A program made the position numbers and the translations under genes. Of a stretch of 32,000 bases of DNA, positions 1 to 8,588 are shown one piece after another. The DNA is taken from assembly GCF_000018105.1 (NCBI RefSeq), contig NC_009925.1:2520001-2552000 (forward strand). Direction: 5' to 3'. Position 1 is the first letter of the stretch; each line of letters begins with the position of its first letter. The DNA is from Acaryochloris marina MBIC11017. Its GTDB lineage: Bacteria; Cyanobacteriota; Cyanobacteriia; Thermosynechococcales; Thermosynechococcaceae. The notes under the pieces were generated by a model, which did no database searches, had not been told where the DNA came from, and saw only the letters and a program-made list of their open reading frames with translations.

Positions 1-2
1 TG

Positions 3-1853
3 ACCTTTGAATGGGCCTCAGCAGGAGCATTTCACCTGACGATGGGCTATACCATCGATCATCTGACCTCCTTGATGTTAGTGGTGGTCACCACTGTTGC
101 CTTCCTGGTGATGATCTATACCGATGGGTACATGGCTCATGACCCCGGTTATGTAAGGTTTTATGCATATTTAAGTCTATTTAGCTTCTCCATGTTGGGG
201 CTCGTGGTTAGCCCGAACTTGGTGCAAATTTATATTTTTTGGGAATTGGTAGGGATGTGTTCCTACCTGCTGGTGGGATTCTGGTACGACCGCAAGCCCG
301 CCGCCAACGCCTGCCAAAAAGCATTTGTAACAAACCGAGTCGGTGACTTTGGGTTACTGCTCGGTATTTTAGGCCTGTACTGGGCAACGAATAGTTTTGA
401 GTTCGACATTATGGGAGAGCGATTGCAGTCCCTCGTGTCGACCGGTGAACTCAGCGGGGTGGTGGCTGCCATCTTCGCTATTTTGGTGTTTATGGGACCC
501 ATGGCTAAATCAGCCCAGTTCCCCCTCCATGTCTGGCTGCCCGAAGCCATGGAAGGTCCGACCCCCATTTCGGCCCTGATTCACGCAGCGACCATGGTTG
601 CCGCTGGTGTTTTCCTCGTGGCTCGGATGTTCCCTGTATTCTCGGGCATCCCCACCGCCATGCAGTTTATTGCCTGGACGGGCGCGATTACCGCCTTCTT
701 AGGCGCTACGATTGCGGTTACTCAAAACGATATTAAGAAGGGTCTAGCCTACTCCACCATCTCCCAATTGGGCTATATGGTGATGGCTATGGGCATCGGT
801 GCCTACTCCGCAGGTCTATTCCACCTCATGACCCATGCTTACTTTAAGGCCATGTTGTTTCTAGGGTCTGGCTCTGTGATCCACGGTATGGAAGCGGTGG
901 TGGGCCATAACCCTGCTTTAGCCCAAGATATGCGTCTGATGGGCGGCCTGCGCAAGTACATGCCCTATACCGGCATCACATTTTTAATCGGTTGCCTAGC
1001 GATTTGCGGTATTCCGCCTTTTGCGGGTTTCTGGTCTAAAGACGAGATTCTCAGTTCCGCCTTTGAAGCCAATCCAGCCTTATGGTTGGTGGGCTGGCTA
1101 ACGGCAGGTCTGACTGCCTTCTATATGTTCCGGATGTATTTCTCCACCTTTGAAGGAGACTTCCGGGGTAATATCAATGCTTTGCGTGAGCAGATTGATG
1201 GCAAATCTCCAGCCCTCAACTTCGGCCCTGGCGCCATGGATCCCCGGGAGTTGACTATGGTGGCTGAGCAAGAGGCTCATCATCATGACGATCATCACCA
1301 TGCGGATGAACCCCATGAATCTCCGATTACCATGACCTTGCCGCTCATGGTGTTAGCGATTCCCTCCATTGCCATCGGTTTGCTAGGAATGCCCTTTAAC
1401 AACCGGTTTGAAGCTTTTATTTATGCTCCCGGTGAAGCCAATGCAGCCCTTGAAGCAGCGGCTGAGTTTGAATGGTCCGAGTTTCTGCTGATGGCCGGAA
1501 ATTCCGTCGGTATCGCTTTAATCGGCATTACTCTGGCTTCGCTGATGTACCGGACTCGGAAAGTGGATCCGGCTGCGATCTCAAACCGGTTCCCATCCCT
1601 CTATGAGTTCTCCCTCAACAAGTGGTTTATTGATGACCTCTATGAGCGCACCATCATCAAGGGCTGTCGCCGGATTGCTCGTCAGGTTCTAGAGGTTGAC
1701 TTCAAAGTCGTCGATGGCATCGTTAACTTCGCTGGATTCCTCGCAGTATTGACTGGGGAAGGGCTTAAGTACTTGGAAAGTGGCCGTATCCAGTTCTACC
1801 TGTTCATCATCTTTATGGCAGTCTTGGGGATCTCGATTGCCACGGTCATCTAA
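3..1853 (+). CDS. ndhF: NAD(P)H-quinone oxidoreductase subunit 5 (NDH-1 NdhF, NdhF1-like); 5' end cut by the window edge
   Basis: Frame 3 is open from base 3 (TFEWASAGAFHLT precedes the listed Met at 42). NuoL/NdhF antiporter-like motifs are present: WELVGMCSYLLVGFWY, KAFVTNRVGDFG, SAQFPLHVWLPEAMEGPTPISALIHAATMVAAGVF, TQNDIKKGLAYSTISQLGYM. Many hydrophobic helices. ndhD follows directly. Confidence 0.95.
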   Translation, partial: TFEWASAGAFHLTMGYTIDHLTSLMLVVVTTVAFLVMIYTDGYMAHDPGYVRFYAYLSLFSFSMLGLVVSPNLVQIYIFWELVGMCSYLLVGFWYDRKPAANACQKAFVTNRVGDFGLLLGILGLYWATNSFEFDIMGERLQSLVSTGELSGVVAAIFAILVFMGPMAKSAQFPLHVWLPEAMEGPTPISALIHAATMVAAGVFLVARMFPVFSGIPTAMQFIAWTGAITAFLGATIAVTQNDIKKGLAYSTISQLGYMVMAMGIGAYSAGLFHLMTHAYFKAMLFLGSGSVIHGMEAVVGHNPALAQDMRLMGGLRKYMPYTGITFLIGCLAICGIPPFAGFWSKDEILSSAFEANPALWLVGWLTAGLTAFYMFRMYFSTFEGDFRGNINALREQIDGKSPALNFGPGAMDPRELTMVAEQEAHHHDDHHHADEPHESPITMTLPLMVLAIPSIAIGLLGMPFNNRFEAFIYAPGEANAALEAAAEFEWSEFLLMAGNSVGIALIGITLASLMYRTRKVDPAAISNRFPSLYEFSLNKWFIDDLYERTIIKGCRRIARQVLEVDFKVVDGIVNFAGFLAVLTGEGLKYLESGRIQFYLFIIFMAVLGISIATVI

Positions 1854-1909
1854 AGTCTTTTCATTTTTTCCTCGTCGTTGCTCAATCCGTTGAATAGAGA
1901 TAGCGGTTC

Positions 1910-3514
1910 ATGAATCCAGATACATTTCCTTGGCTGTCAACCCTGATTTTCTTCCCAATTATGGCCACCGTCGCCCTGCCCTTTATTCCAGATCCAAAGG
2001 GTAAAGGTGATCCCATTCGCTGGTATGCACTGGTGATTGGCCTGATTGATTTTGTGTTATTGATCTACGCCTTTTACACCCAGTACGACTTTGCCGAGTC
2101 TGGGCTGCAAATGGTGGAACACTACGACTGGCTGCCCCAACTAGGGGTGCAATGGTCTGTTGGGGCAGACGGCTTATCCATGCCCCTGATTTTGCTTACG
2201 GGATTTATTACTTCTTTAGCGATCCTGGCCTCCTGGCCCGTTACCTATAAGCCCAGACTTTTCTATTTCTTGATTTTGGCCATGTACGGTGGTCAGATTG
2301 CGGTGTTCGCTGTTCAAGATCTGCTGGTCTTTTTCTTGGTCTGGGAATTGGAATTAGTGCCAGTGTATCTGTTGCTCTCCATTTGGGGCGGCTACAAACG
2401 GCTTTACGCAGCGACGAAATTTATTCTCTATACCGCCATCAGCTCCCTATTTATTCTGGTAGCAGCTTTGGCAATGGCCTTCTTTGGTCCCGACCTCACC
2501 TTTGACCTGCAGTCCCTAGCGGCAAAAGATTATCCGTTAACGTTCCAACTGCTCTGTTACACGGGCTTTTTGGTTGCCTTTGCAGTCAAGTTGCCAATTG
2601 TGCCCCTACATACCTGGTTACCGGATGCCCACGGCGAAGCCACAGCTCCAGTCCATATGCTGTTGGCCGGAATCCTCCTAAAGATGGGAGGCTATGCGTT
2701 AATTCGCATGAATGTGGAGTTACTCCCTGATGCCCATGCCTATTTTGCTCCCGCTCTGATTATTCTGGGTGTCGTCAATATTATTTACGCGGCCCTCACC
2801 TCGTTTGCCCAGCGCAATCTCAAACGAAAAATCGCCTATTCATCCATTTCCCATATGGGCTTTGTCCTGATCGGCATTGCCTCCTTTACGGATTTGGGAA
2901 TGAGTGGTGCCGTTCTGCAAATGGTCTCTCACGGCTTGATTGGTGCTAGTCTCTTCTTTTTAGTGGGAGCGACTTACGATCGCACTCACACTTTGATCCT
3001 GGAAGAGATGGGAGGCGTGGCCCAGAATATGCCCAAAATCTTTGCCATGTTCACCACCTGTTCCATGGCGTCTTTAGCCCTACCAGGGATGAGCGGTTTT
3101 GTCGCGGAACTGATGGTGTTTGTTGGACTAGCCACCAGCGATGCCTATAGCCTCGCTTTCCGCGTACCGGTGGTGATTTTGGCAGGCATTGGTGTCATTC
3201 TGACGCCAATTTATCTGCTGTCCATGCTGCGGGAAATCTTCTATGGCCCTGAGAACAAAGAACTCACGTCCCACGAGAAGCTAGTCGATGCCGAACCTCG
3301 GGAAATCTTTGTGATTGCCTGCTTACTCGTGCCCATTATTGGTATTGGCCTCTATCCCAAAATCATTACCCAGATTTACGATGCCAAGACCACCCAGTTA
3401 GTGGCTTATATTCGCCCCTCTGTTCCTTCTATAGCCATGCGAGAGGCGGCTACAGTGGCATCTGTTTCCGATATTGAGATGGACAGCTCTTATCAAGCTC
3501 CCGCGATTAAGTAA
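1910..3514 (+). CDS. ndhD: NAD(P)H-quinone oxidoreductase chain 4 (NDH-1 NdhD, D1/D2-like)
   Basis: 534 aa. N-terminus [12 protein letters not shown], then [73 protein letters not shown] and [15 protein letters not shown] are NuoM/NdhD hallmarks. Lies 56 nt downstream of ndhF on the same strand. Confidence 0.95.
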   Translation: MNPDTFPWLSTLIFFPIMATVALPFIPDPKGKGDPIRWYALVIGLIDFVLLIYAFYTQYDFAESGLQMVEHYDWLPQLGVQWSVGADGLSMPLILLTGFITSLAILASWPVTYKPRLFYFLILAMYGGQIAVFAVQDLLVFFLVWELELVPVYLLLSIWGGYKRLYAATKFILYTAISSLFILVAALAMAFFGPDLTFDLQSLAAKDYPLTFQLLCYTGFLVAFAVKLPIVPLHTWLPDAHGEATAPVHMLLAGILLKMGGYALIRMNVELLPDAHAYFAPALIILGVVNIIYAALTSFAQRNLKRKIAYSSISHMGFVLIGIASFTDLGMSGAVLQMVSHGLIGASLFFLVGATYDRTHTLILEEMGGVAQNMPKIFAMFTTCSMASLALPGMSGFVAELMVFVGLATSDAYSLAFRVPVVILAGIGVILTPIYLLSMLREIFYGPENKELTSHEKLVDAEPREIFVIACLLVPIIGIGLYPKIITQIYDAKTTQLVAYIRPSVPSIAMREAATVASVSDIEMDSSYQAPAIK

Positions 3515-3557
3515 GTCGCTCACTATTTCACACCTAAAATTTATTTAATAGGTATAC

Positions 3558-3590
3558 AAACCCCCATGCTGAAATTCAGTGTGGGGGTTT
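3558..3590 (+). terminator. Hairpin downstream of ndhD (putative intrinsic terminator)
   Basis: AAACCCCCA (3558-3566) pairs perfectly with TGGGGGTTT (3582-3590). The loop contains a further CTGAA/TTCAG pairing. It is followed by TTTCTGACATTT, starts 44 nt after the ndhD stop, and has only a weak U-tract. Confidence 0.55.
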
Positions 3591-3791
3591 CTGACATTTG
3601 ACATCGATTGAGACATCTCTACCAACTATTCAGAATCTTGGGGGCATTGCCCCCCTCAGTCTCACTTGTTCAAACGATATTTTCAATCTTTCAAACTATT
3701 GCCATATCAACGCTCAGCCCAGCTTTGATATGGGTTCTATAAGAGCAGATATTGTTATCACCGAAAACCTTCATAGTTCAGACTGCCATCT

Positions 3792-4337
3792 ATGTTCAAT
3801 CTTCAATATGAGATCACGGCTGAAGACTATCTTGAGGCTGATATGACATGGTTCTCTCGCCCTTGGTTTCAATGGATAGTAGTTCGTGGTGTCCCAACAG
3901 GCTTGATCCTATTTTGTCTAATCTCGAGCCTATTTTACGACCAACTCTATGCTGCTGAATCAGAATACGATCCACTGTTTGTTCGCTGGATATTAGTTTT
4001 TTACGCTTTGGTTGGCTTGATCTTTTCTATCGTTATGCAACCCCAAGTTCTCTCTAAACAGAGGCGTCGGATCATTAATCGAGCCATAGCCCAAGACCCA
4101 ACACGCATCGGTCATCGGCAAACAATGGTGAATGAAACAGGCATTTACCTGGATAAACTCGATCAATTTGATCGCAAACGACTTTTATGGCAACAGATCC
4201 GCCGATGGCGCGAAACAGAACACTTGTTTATTTTCGACTTCAGATACCAGCGTCAATGCACGTTCATTCCCAAACGAGCCCTAGAATCCAAGCAGCATAT
4301 AGATGCGTTTAGAAGTGTGATTCAAGCTTGCATTTGA
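3792..4337 (+). CDS. Hypothetical membrane protein, YcxB-like
   Basis: 181 aa. N-terminal FNLQYEITAEDYLEA, two hydrophobic helices (VPTGLILFCLISSLF; ILVFYALVGLIFSIV), and a C-terminal segment LWQQIRRWRETEHLFIFDF...TFIPKRALES that resembles the YcxB-like domain pattern. Assigned by motif memory only. Confidence 0.45.
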   Translation: MFNLQYEITAEDYLEADMTWFSRPWFQWIVVRGVPTGLILFCLISSLFYDQLYAAESEYDPLFVRWILVFYALVGLIFSIVMQPQVLSKQRRRIINRAIAQDPTRIGHRQTMVNETGIYLDKLDQFDRKRLLWQQIRRWRETEHLFIFDFRYQRQCTFIPKRALESKQHIDAFRSVIQACI

Positions 4338-4511
4338 CATTTCCAAGCATCACTTCTTTTCGCTACAAGAGTTGCACCTTGAACCGTTCCGACATGCCTC
4401 ACACTGTTTTTCGATATTCAGTCAACTTAGCAACACGTTTGTCAAAACCATGCCAGTATTGGTGTCAGCTTCACTTCCTCGTAATTTGTGCTCTTTGAAG
4501 CCAGCAATACC

Positions 4512-5495
4512 ATGCAGAAATGGATGAGTTTGGTCGTTTGCGTTCCAGCAGCGGTAATGACACCACAGGTTTATGCTCAAGAGCAGCAAGCGAGGCCTTT
4601 TCAGGTCGTTCGTCTCGATCAAGCGTTTGATCAAGCTCTACAAGCTGCTCCAACACCTCCTACCCAAAGCGATATCACCCGCTTGGCCCAAGTGATTGCT
4701 GAGCATCAACCCATCTATGCCAGGCTCGGCCATAATGCCCCTAAGCTATATGCAAAAATCGCGTTTTCTAATCATGCAATCGCTCAAGATAATGTTAGAA
4801 CCCGAGCCTATTTCAACCAACGAGATTTAACTCAAGAGGTTAAACGTTTACGCCAAAAAACGATCAAGGCGCTTGGAATCCAACCTCGTTATCCCACCGT
4901 CTATTATTTGGCCTATGGATACCGACGGGGCACCAATGCTCAAACGCAAAGTGGTGCAACAACAAAAGATGGCAAAACTCATGTTTATCTCAATTTAGTA
5001 GCCCTTGCGCGTCAGCGCCATTGGGAATCAGCAATAGTGCATGAAACGATTCATACTCTGCAAGGGTTAGTGCTGCCGAAAGAGACCACTTTGCTGACTC
5101 GGACCATGCTAGAAGGCGTTCCCACATATCTCGCTCAAGCTATTCAGGGCCATTTAAGCGATGCAGATGCGATGTTCTGGTCACCCGAACAATGGCAAGC
5201 AGCAGAAAAACATCGTCAAGCCATTATCCAAGCCTTTGCTCAACAGCGGCATGTCACTGACCCTCAGCAAATGACCACTTTTCTCCAACTTCACAAACCA
5301 TTGCAGTCGGTCCCTGGTGCACCAGATCGTACGGGTTACTATGTGGGCTTTTTAGCAGTTAAAGCATGGGTTCGCCAAAACCCAGAGCGCCCCCTTCAAG
5401 AGTTGTTGTCAGTTTCACCCAAAGAGTTTTGGCAGGCCCTTGAACAAGATATGCAGAATATCTCAGTAACTCAAAGGGATAGAACGATATTGTAA
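4512..5495 (+). CDS. Secreted hypothetical protein with HExxH motif (putative zinc metalloprotease, possibly DUF2268-like)
   Basis: The ORF is open from 4488, but the ATG at 4512 gives MQKWMSLVVCVPAAVMTPQVYAQ, a plausible signal peptide. HETIH lies at 5040-5054. The C-terminal GYYVGFLAVKAW resembles predicted Zn-protease families. No closer identification is possible by eye. Confidence 0.5.
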   Translation: MQKWMSLVVCVPAAVMTPQVYAQEQQARPFQVVRLDQAFDQALQAAPTPPTQSDITRLAQVIAEHQPIYARLGHNAPKLYAKIAFSNHAIAQDNVRTRAYFNQRDLTQEVKRLRQKTIKALGIQPRYPTVYYLAYGYRRGTNAQTQSGATTKDGKTHVYLNLVALARQRHWESAIVHETIHTLQGLVLPKETTLLTRTMLEGVPTYLAQAIQGHLSDADAMFWSPEQWQAAEKHRQAIIQAFAQQRHVTDPQQMTTFLQLHKPLQSVPGAPDRTGYYVGFLAVKAWVRQNPERPLQELLSVSPKEFWQALEQDMQNISVTQRDRTIL

Positions 5496-5577
5496 GCACT
5501 CAAAAACAAAGTTAAAAAGAGATTAAATAATTGATTCATCTACCTATAAGTTGCAAGTCATACATAACAGAACAACC

Positions 5578-6027
5578 TCAACGTATGATTTGATGTTTGA
5601 TGACTTCTGGATCAGCCTGCGGCTCATAATCAGCCAGATATCCAACTCCTTTCAGTTGATGAACAATACTCCACACCATGTTATGTACATTATCCTGATC
5701 GAGCCCACTCTGACCTAGGACGGGGCTGATGCGTAAGCAATCGTACAGCAAGGCAATGAGGTAATTAGAATCACACGGTAAGTCACGCTGGTGGCAATCA
5801 CAGCAGAAAAGACACGCTACCACGTCATACCAATAATGCATCAGGGACACGTCAAGAAGAATCGTGATCAAGACTCGGACTATAGGGTTCCAACTTACCG
5901 TTTCAGCGAGAGCGATAATCTCTTCTGAAATTACATCCTCCGTTGCTTCATCCTGGAATTTTGGATCTGTAAAGATCTTGAGAATCTGCGGTTGAAGCTG
6001 CAAGTACTTTAGTCTCTCGTGATTCAC
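5578..6027 (-). CDS. Hypothetical protein with a Cys-rich central segment
   Basis: 149-aa ORF with no recognisable family. Contains VVACLFCCDCHQRDLPCDSNY. Divergent from the AAA+ ATPase gene, 123 nt apart. Confidence 0.4.
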   Translation of the reverse strand: MNHERLKYLQLQPQILKIFTDPKFQDEATEDVISEEIIALAETVSWNPIVRVLITILLDVSLMHYWYDVVACLFCCDCHQRDLPCDSNYLIALLYDCLRISPVLGQSGLDQDNVHNMVWSIVHQLKGVGYLADYEPQADPEVIKHQIIR

Positions 6028-6150
6028 AATAATCTTGAAGGCTAGCTTCCAGTCAATTAACCTTTACATCAAATCATCTTGGCAAAGGAAGAGCCACGAT
6101 AGCCAAAATACCTGATAATTGCCAGTGTCTCTGATCTTTTGCAATACGCT

Positions 6151-7275
6151 ATGGCTGCTAAGACAAAAAAACAGTCCTCGAAAACATTCGAGCCTCAAAC
6201 TGCAATTCTGCGACAACATGCCGAGCAACAGTTTGCAGCCGAACTGGAAGAACTTCGCAAAGCAGACACGCGTCAACGTCCCGCAAACTGGCAGCTTTCG
6301 CCTTGGGCCGTCTCCACCTATTTATTAGGTGGCACCTTAGAAAACGGCTTTGAAATCTCCGCTAAATATATTGGCAATCGGCGACTGATGGAAATCGCCA
6401 TTGCCACCCTGACAACGGATCGTGCTTTACTGCTGTATGGGGTTCCAGGGACAGCTAAGTCTTGGGTATCAGAACATTTAGCAGCTGCGATCTCAGGAGA
6501 TTCCACCTTACTCATCCAAGGCACCGCTGGCACCAGTGAAGATGCGATTCGATATGGCTGGAACTACGCCAAGCTCTTAGCAGAAGGTCCCTCCCTAGAT
6601 GCGATCGTGCCGAGTCCTCTCATGCAGTCCATGGGCCAGGGCAAAATCACTCGCATCGAAGAACTCACCCGAATTCCTGCGGATGTCCAAGACACCTTGA
6701 TCACCGTCTTATCTGAGAAAACGTTGCCCATTCCCGAACTCGGAGAAGAGATTCAAGCCACCCAAGGCTTTAATGTAATTGCCACCGCTAACAACCGAGA
6801 CAAAGGCGTAAATGACCTGTCTAGCGCTCTAAAGCGTCGCTTTAACACCGTCGTTCTGCCCTTACCCGATGATGCTGACTCTGAAGTCAAAATTGTCCAA
6901 GAGCGGGTGCAAAGCTTAAAGACAGCCCTTGATCTTCCAGCTGAAGCGCCAGCTCTCGCTGAAATTCGACGGGTCGTCACTATTTTTCGGGAATTACGTA
7001 GCGGCAAGACAGAAGACGGTAAAACCAAACTCAAATCGCCCAGTGGCACCCTCAGCACGGCAGAAGCCATTTCCGTCGTCAATAGTGGTTTATCCCTGGC
7101 TGCCCATTTTGGAGATGGCTCCCTCCAGGCTCATGACTTAGTGTCTAGTCTAGTGGGTGCCGTGGTCAAAGATCCCGTTCAAGATCAAGTGGTCTGGAAA
7201 GAATATCTGGAAACTGTAGTCAAAGAGCGAGACAACTGGAGTGACTTATATAGAGCTAGCCGCGAAATTCTCTAG
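6151..7275 (+). CDS. MoxR-like / AAA_5-type AAA+ ATPase
   Basis: Walker A GVPGTAKS (6439-6462). Walker-B-like ITRIEELTR followed by ADVQDTLITVLSEKTLPIP. Sensor/Arg-finger region NVIATANNRDKGVNDLSSALKRRF. The track starts at TTG 6139; ATG 6151 (MAAKTKKQ) is the more likely start. Confidence 0.75.
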   Translation: MAAKTKKQSSKTFEPQTAILRQHAEQQFAAELEELRKADTRQRPANWQLSPWAVSTYLLGGTLENGFEISAKYIGNRRLMEIAIATLTTDRALLLYGVPGTAKSWVSEHLAAAISGDSTLLIQGTAGTSEDAIRYGWNYAKLLAEGPSLDAIVPSPLMQSMGQGKITRIEELTRIPADVQDTLITVLSEKTLPIPELGEEIQATQGFNVIATANNRDKGVNDLSSALKRRFNTVVLPLPDDADSEVKIVQERVQSLKTALDLPAEAPALAEIRRVVTIFRELRSGKTEDGKTKLKSPSGTLSTAEAISVVNSGLSLAAHFGDGSLQAHDLVSSLVGAVVKDPVQDQVVWKEYLETVVKERDNWSDLYRASREIL

Positions 7276-8126
7276 GATTCCGGTTGGCATTGAGGGCAAA
7301 AATGGGTGGAACGGCCAACGAGTTTGATCCGCTCAATGGTTTGACCACAGGTTCGACAGGGTTGACCTTGGCGTCCATAGACCCAAGCCATACCGCCATA
7401 ATTCCCGTTCACCCCTTTGAGATCTCGAAAGTCGCTGAAGGTGGTCCCACCCGCGCCAATACTGGTCGACAAAACCTCAATAATCGCCGTTCGTAGTCGC
7501 TGCACCTGTTCCGTCTGCAGCTGATGGCACGCTGTCGTGGGGCGAATCTCACTCATAAATAAGGCTTCATCTGCATAGATATTGCCGACTCCTGCCACCA
7601 AAGCCTGATCTAACAGGGCGCTTTTAATGGAACGCTTGCGCCCCTGTAACGATTCCCAAAAATAGTCTACAGAAAACTCTTCAGAGAATGGCTCGGGTCC
7701 CAACTTCTGTAGACCACTAATCACTTGTTTTGGATCTTCCGTCGGAGCCACCCACCACATTTGGCCAAAGGTCCGCTGATCTACAAATCGGAGCTCGCGG
7801 TTATTCACAAAAAATAGACGCACTCGAGTATGTTTCTGGACGGGCTCATCTTGCGCCACCCAGAGCAATTGCCCTGTCATGCGTAGGTGAACACCCAGCC
7901 ATCCCGACGGCTGCTGAGTAGAGAAAGAAAGCTGACTCAGTAAATATTTTCCACGTCGCATCCATGATAAAAAGGTTGCATCTTGCAACCCTTGAATAAA
8001 TACTTGTGGCGATTGAGGATGAGCAATCGTTCGTGGATAGAGAACTTCGCCACCCATAATTTGCATCCCAACAGTCACCTTTTCTAAGCCCAGCCGAACT
8101 GTTTCTACTTCAGGTAGCTCAGGCAT
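7272..8126 (-). CDS. mutM: Formamidopyrimidine-DNA glycosylase (Fpg/MutM)
   Basis: Canonical N-terminus MPELPEVETV (catalytic Pro2, Glu3). H2TH region LLDQALVAGVGNIYADEALF. C-terminal zinc finger CRTCGQTIERIKLVGRSTHFCPQCQ. Confidence 0.95.
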   Translation of the reverse strand: MPELPEVETVRLGLEKVTVGMQIMGGEVLYPRTIAHPQSPQVFIQGLQDATFLSWMRRGKYLLSQLSFSTQQPSGWLGVHLRMTGQLLWVAQDEPVQKHTRVRLFFVNNRELRFVDQRTFGQMWWVAPTEDPKQVISGLQKLGPEPFSEEFSVDYFWESLQGRKRSIKSALLDQALVAGVGNIYADEALFMSEIRPTTACHQLQTEQVQRLRTAIIEVLSTSIGAGGTTFSDFRDLKGVNGNYGGMAWVYGRQGQPCRTCGQTIERIKLVGRSTHFCPQCQPES

Positions 8127-8167
8127 TAAAACAGACTGTTGGGACGAAGAGTAGACACGAAGGTAAG

Positions 8168-8437
8168 TTAGCCTTCTGCCTTAGGCGCTGCAGCAGGCTT
8201 AGCAGCAGGTTTCTTACCCCCTTTGGGTGCCTCAACTTCTTCCAGTTCGTGAACCCCGAAGTTATTGGTGTTGATACCAGCAGCCGTGCCACTGATCCCG
8301 TTGTAATTACAGGTATCAAAACGAACAATCACAGGATATTTAATACCGCTTTGATCAACGGAGGCAACGGTGCCGATTTCACGAAACCAGTAAGACTCCG
8401 GGCGGAGAATTCTAACCTTAGAACCGCGTTGAACCAT
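8168..8437 (-). CDS. psaE: Photosystem I reaction centre subunit IV (PsaE) with a Lys/Ala/Pro-rich C-terminal extension
   Basis: [68 protein letters not shown] is a textbook PsaE SH3-like core. A 21-aa tail [21 protein letters not shown] follows (8171-8233). Confidence 0.95.
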   Translation of the reverse strand: MVQRGSKVRILRPESYWFREIGTVASVDQSGIKYPVIVRFDTCNYNGISGTAAGINTNNFGVHELEEVEAPKGGKKPAAKPAAAPKAEG

Positions 8438-8535
8438 GAATCTTTTACCTTATTGAAATTGCAAACGAAGCATTGATCTCAGACTACTATGGTCTTGGTG
8501 CAGTCCTATGCCAAAATCTATAAAATTTTATAACT

Positions 8536-8553
8536 GTTATCAAAATTGATAAC
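8536..8553. promoter_or_regulatory. Inverted repeat GTTATCAA-AA-TTGATAAC upstream of psaE and downstream of sasA
   Basis: Perfect 8-bp arms with a 2-nt spacer, about 100-115 nt upstream of the psaE ATG (8437) and 36 nt downstream of the sasA stop. The loop is too short and the arms too AT-rich for a terminator, so it looks like a dimeric protein-binding site. Function is unproven. Confidence 0.3.
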
Positions 8554-8588
8554 TTTATCGTTCATCTAGTGACATTTTGGGATCCATA

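Noticed and set aside
1278-1301. His-rich insert HHHDDHHH in NdhF, considered as a possible metal-binding novelty
   Set aside because: As I recall them, cyanobacterial NdhF1 proteins generally carry a variable His-containing loop ending in PHESP at this position. It is therefore a family trait rather than a locus-specific feature.
3640-3655. GGGGGCA-T-TGCCCCC palindrome after the ndhD terminator
   Set aside because: The usable stem is only about 5 bp once a viable loop is allowed, there is no U-tract, and the context is not informative.
3598-3846. 82-aa ORF upstream of and overlapping the YcxB-like gene start
   Set aside because: It begins inside the ndhD terminator region, overlaps the better-supported 3792 start in another frame, and has no motifs. 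It is probably non-coding 5' leader or promoter sequence.
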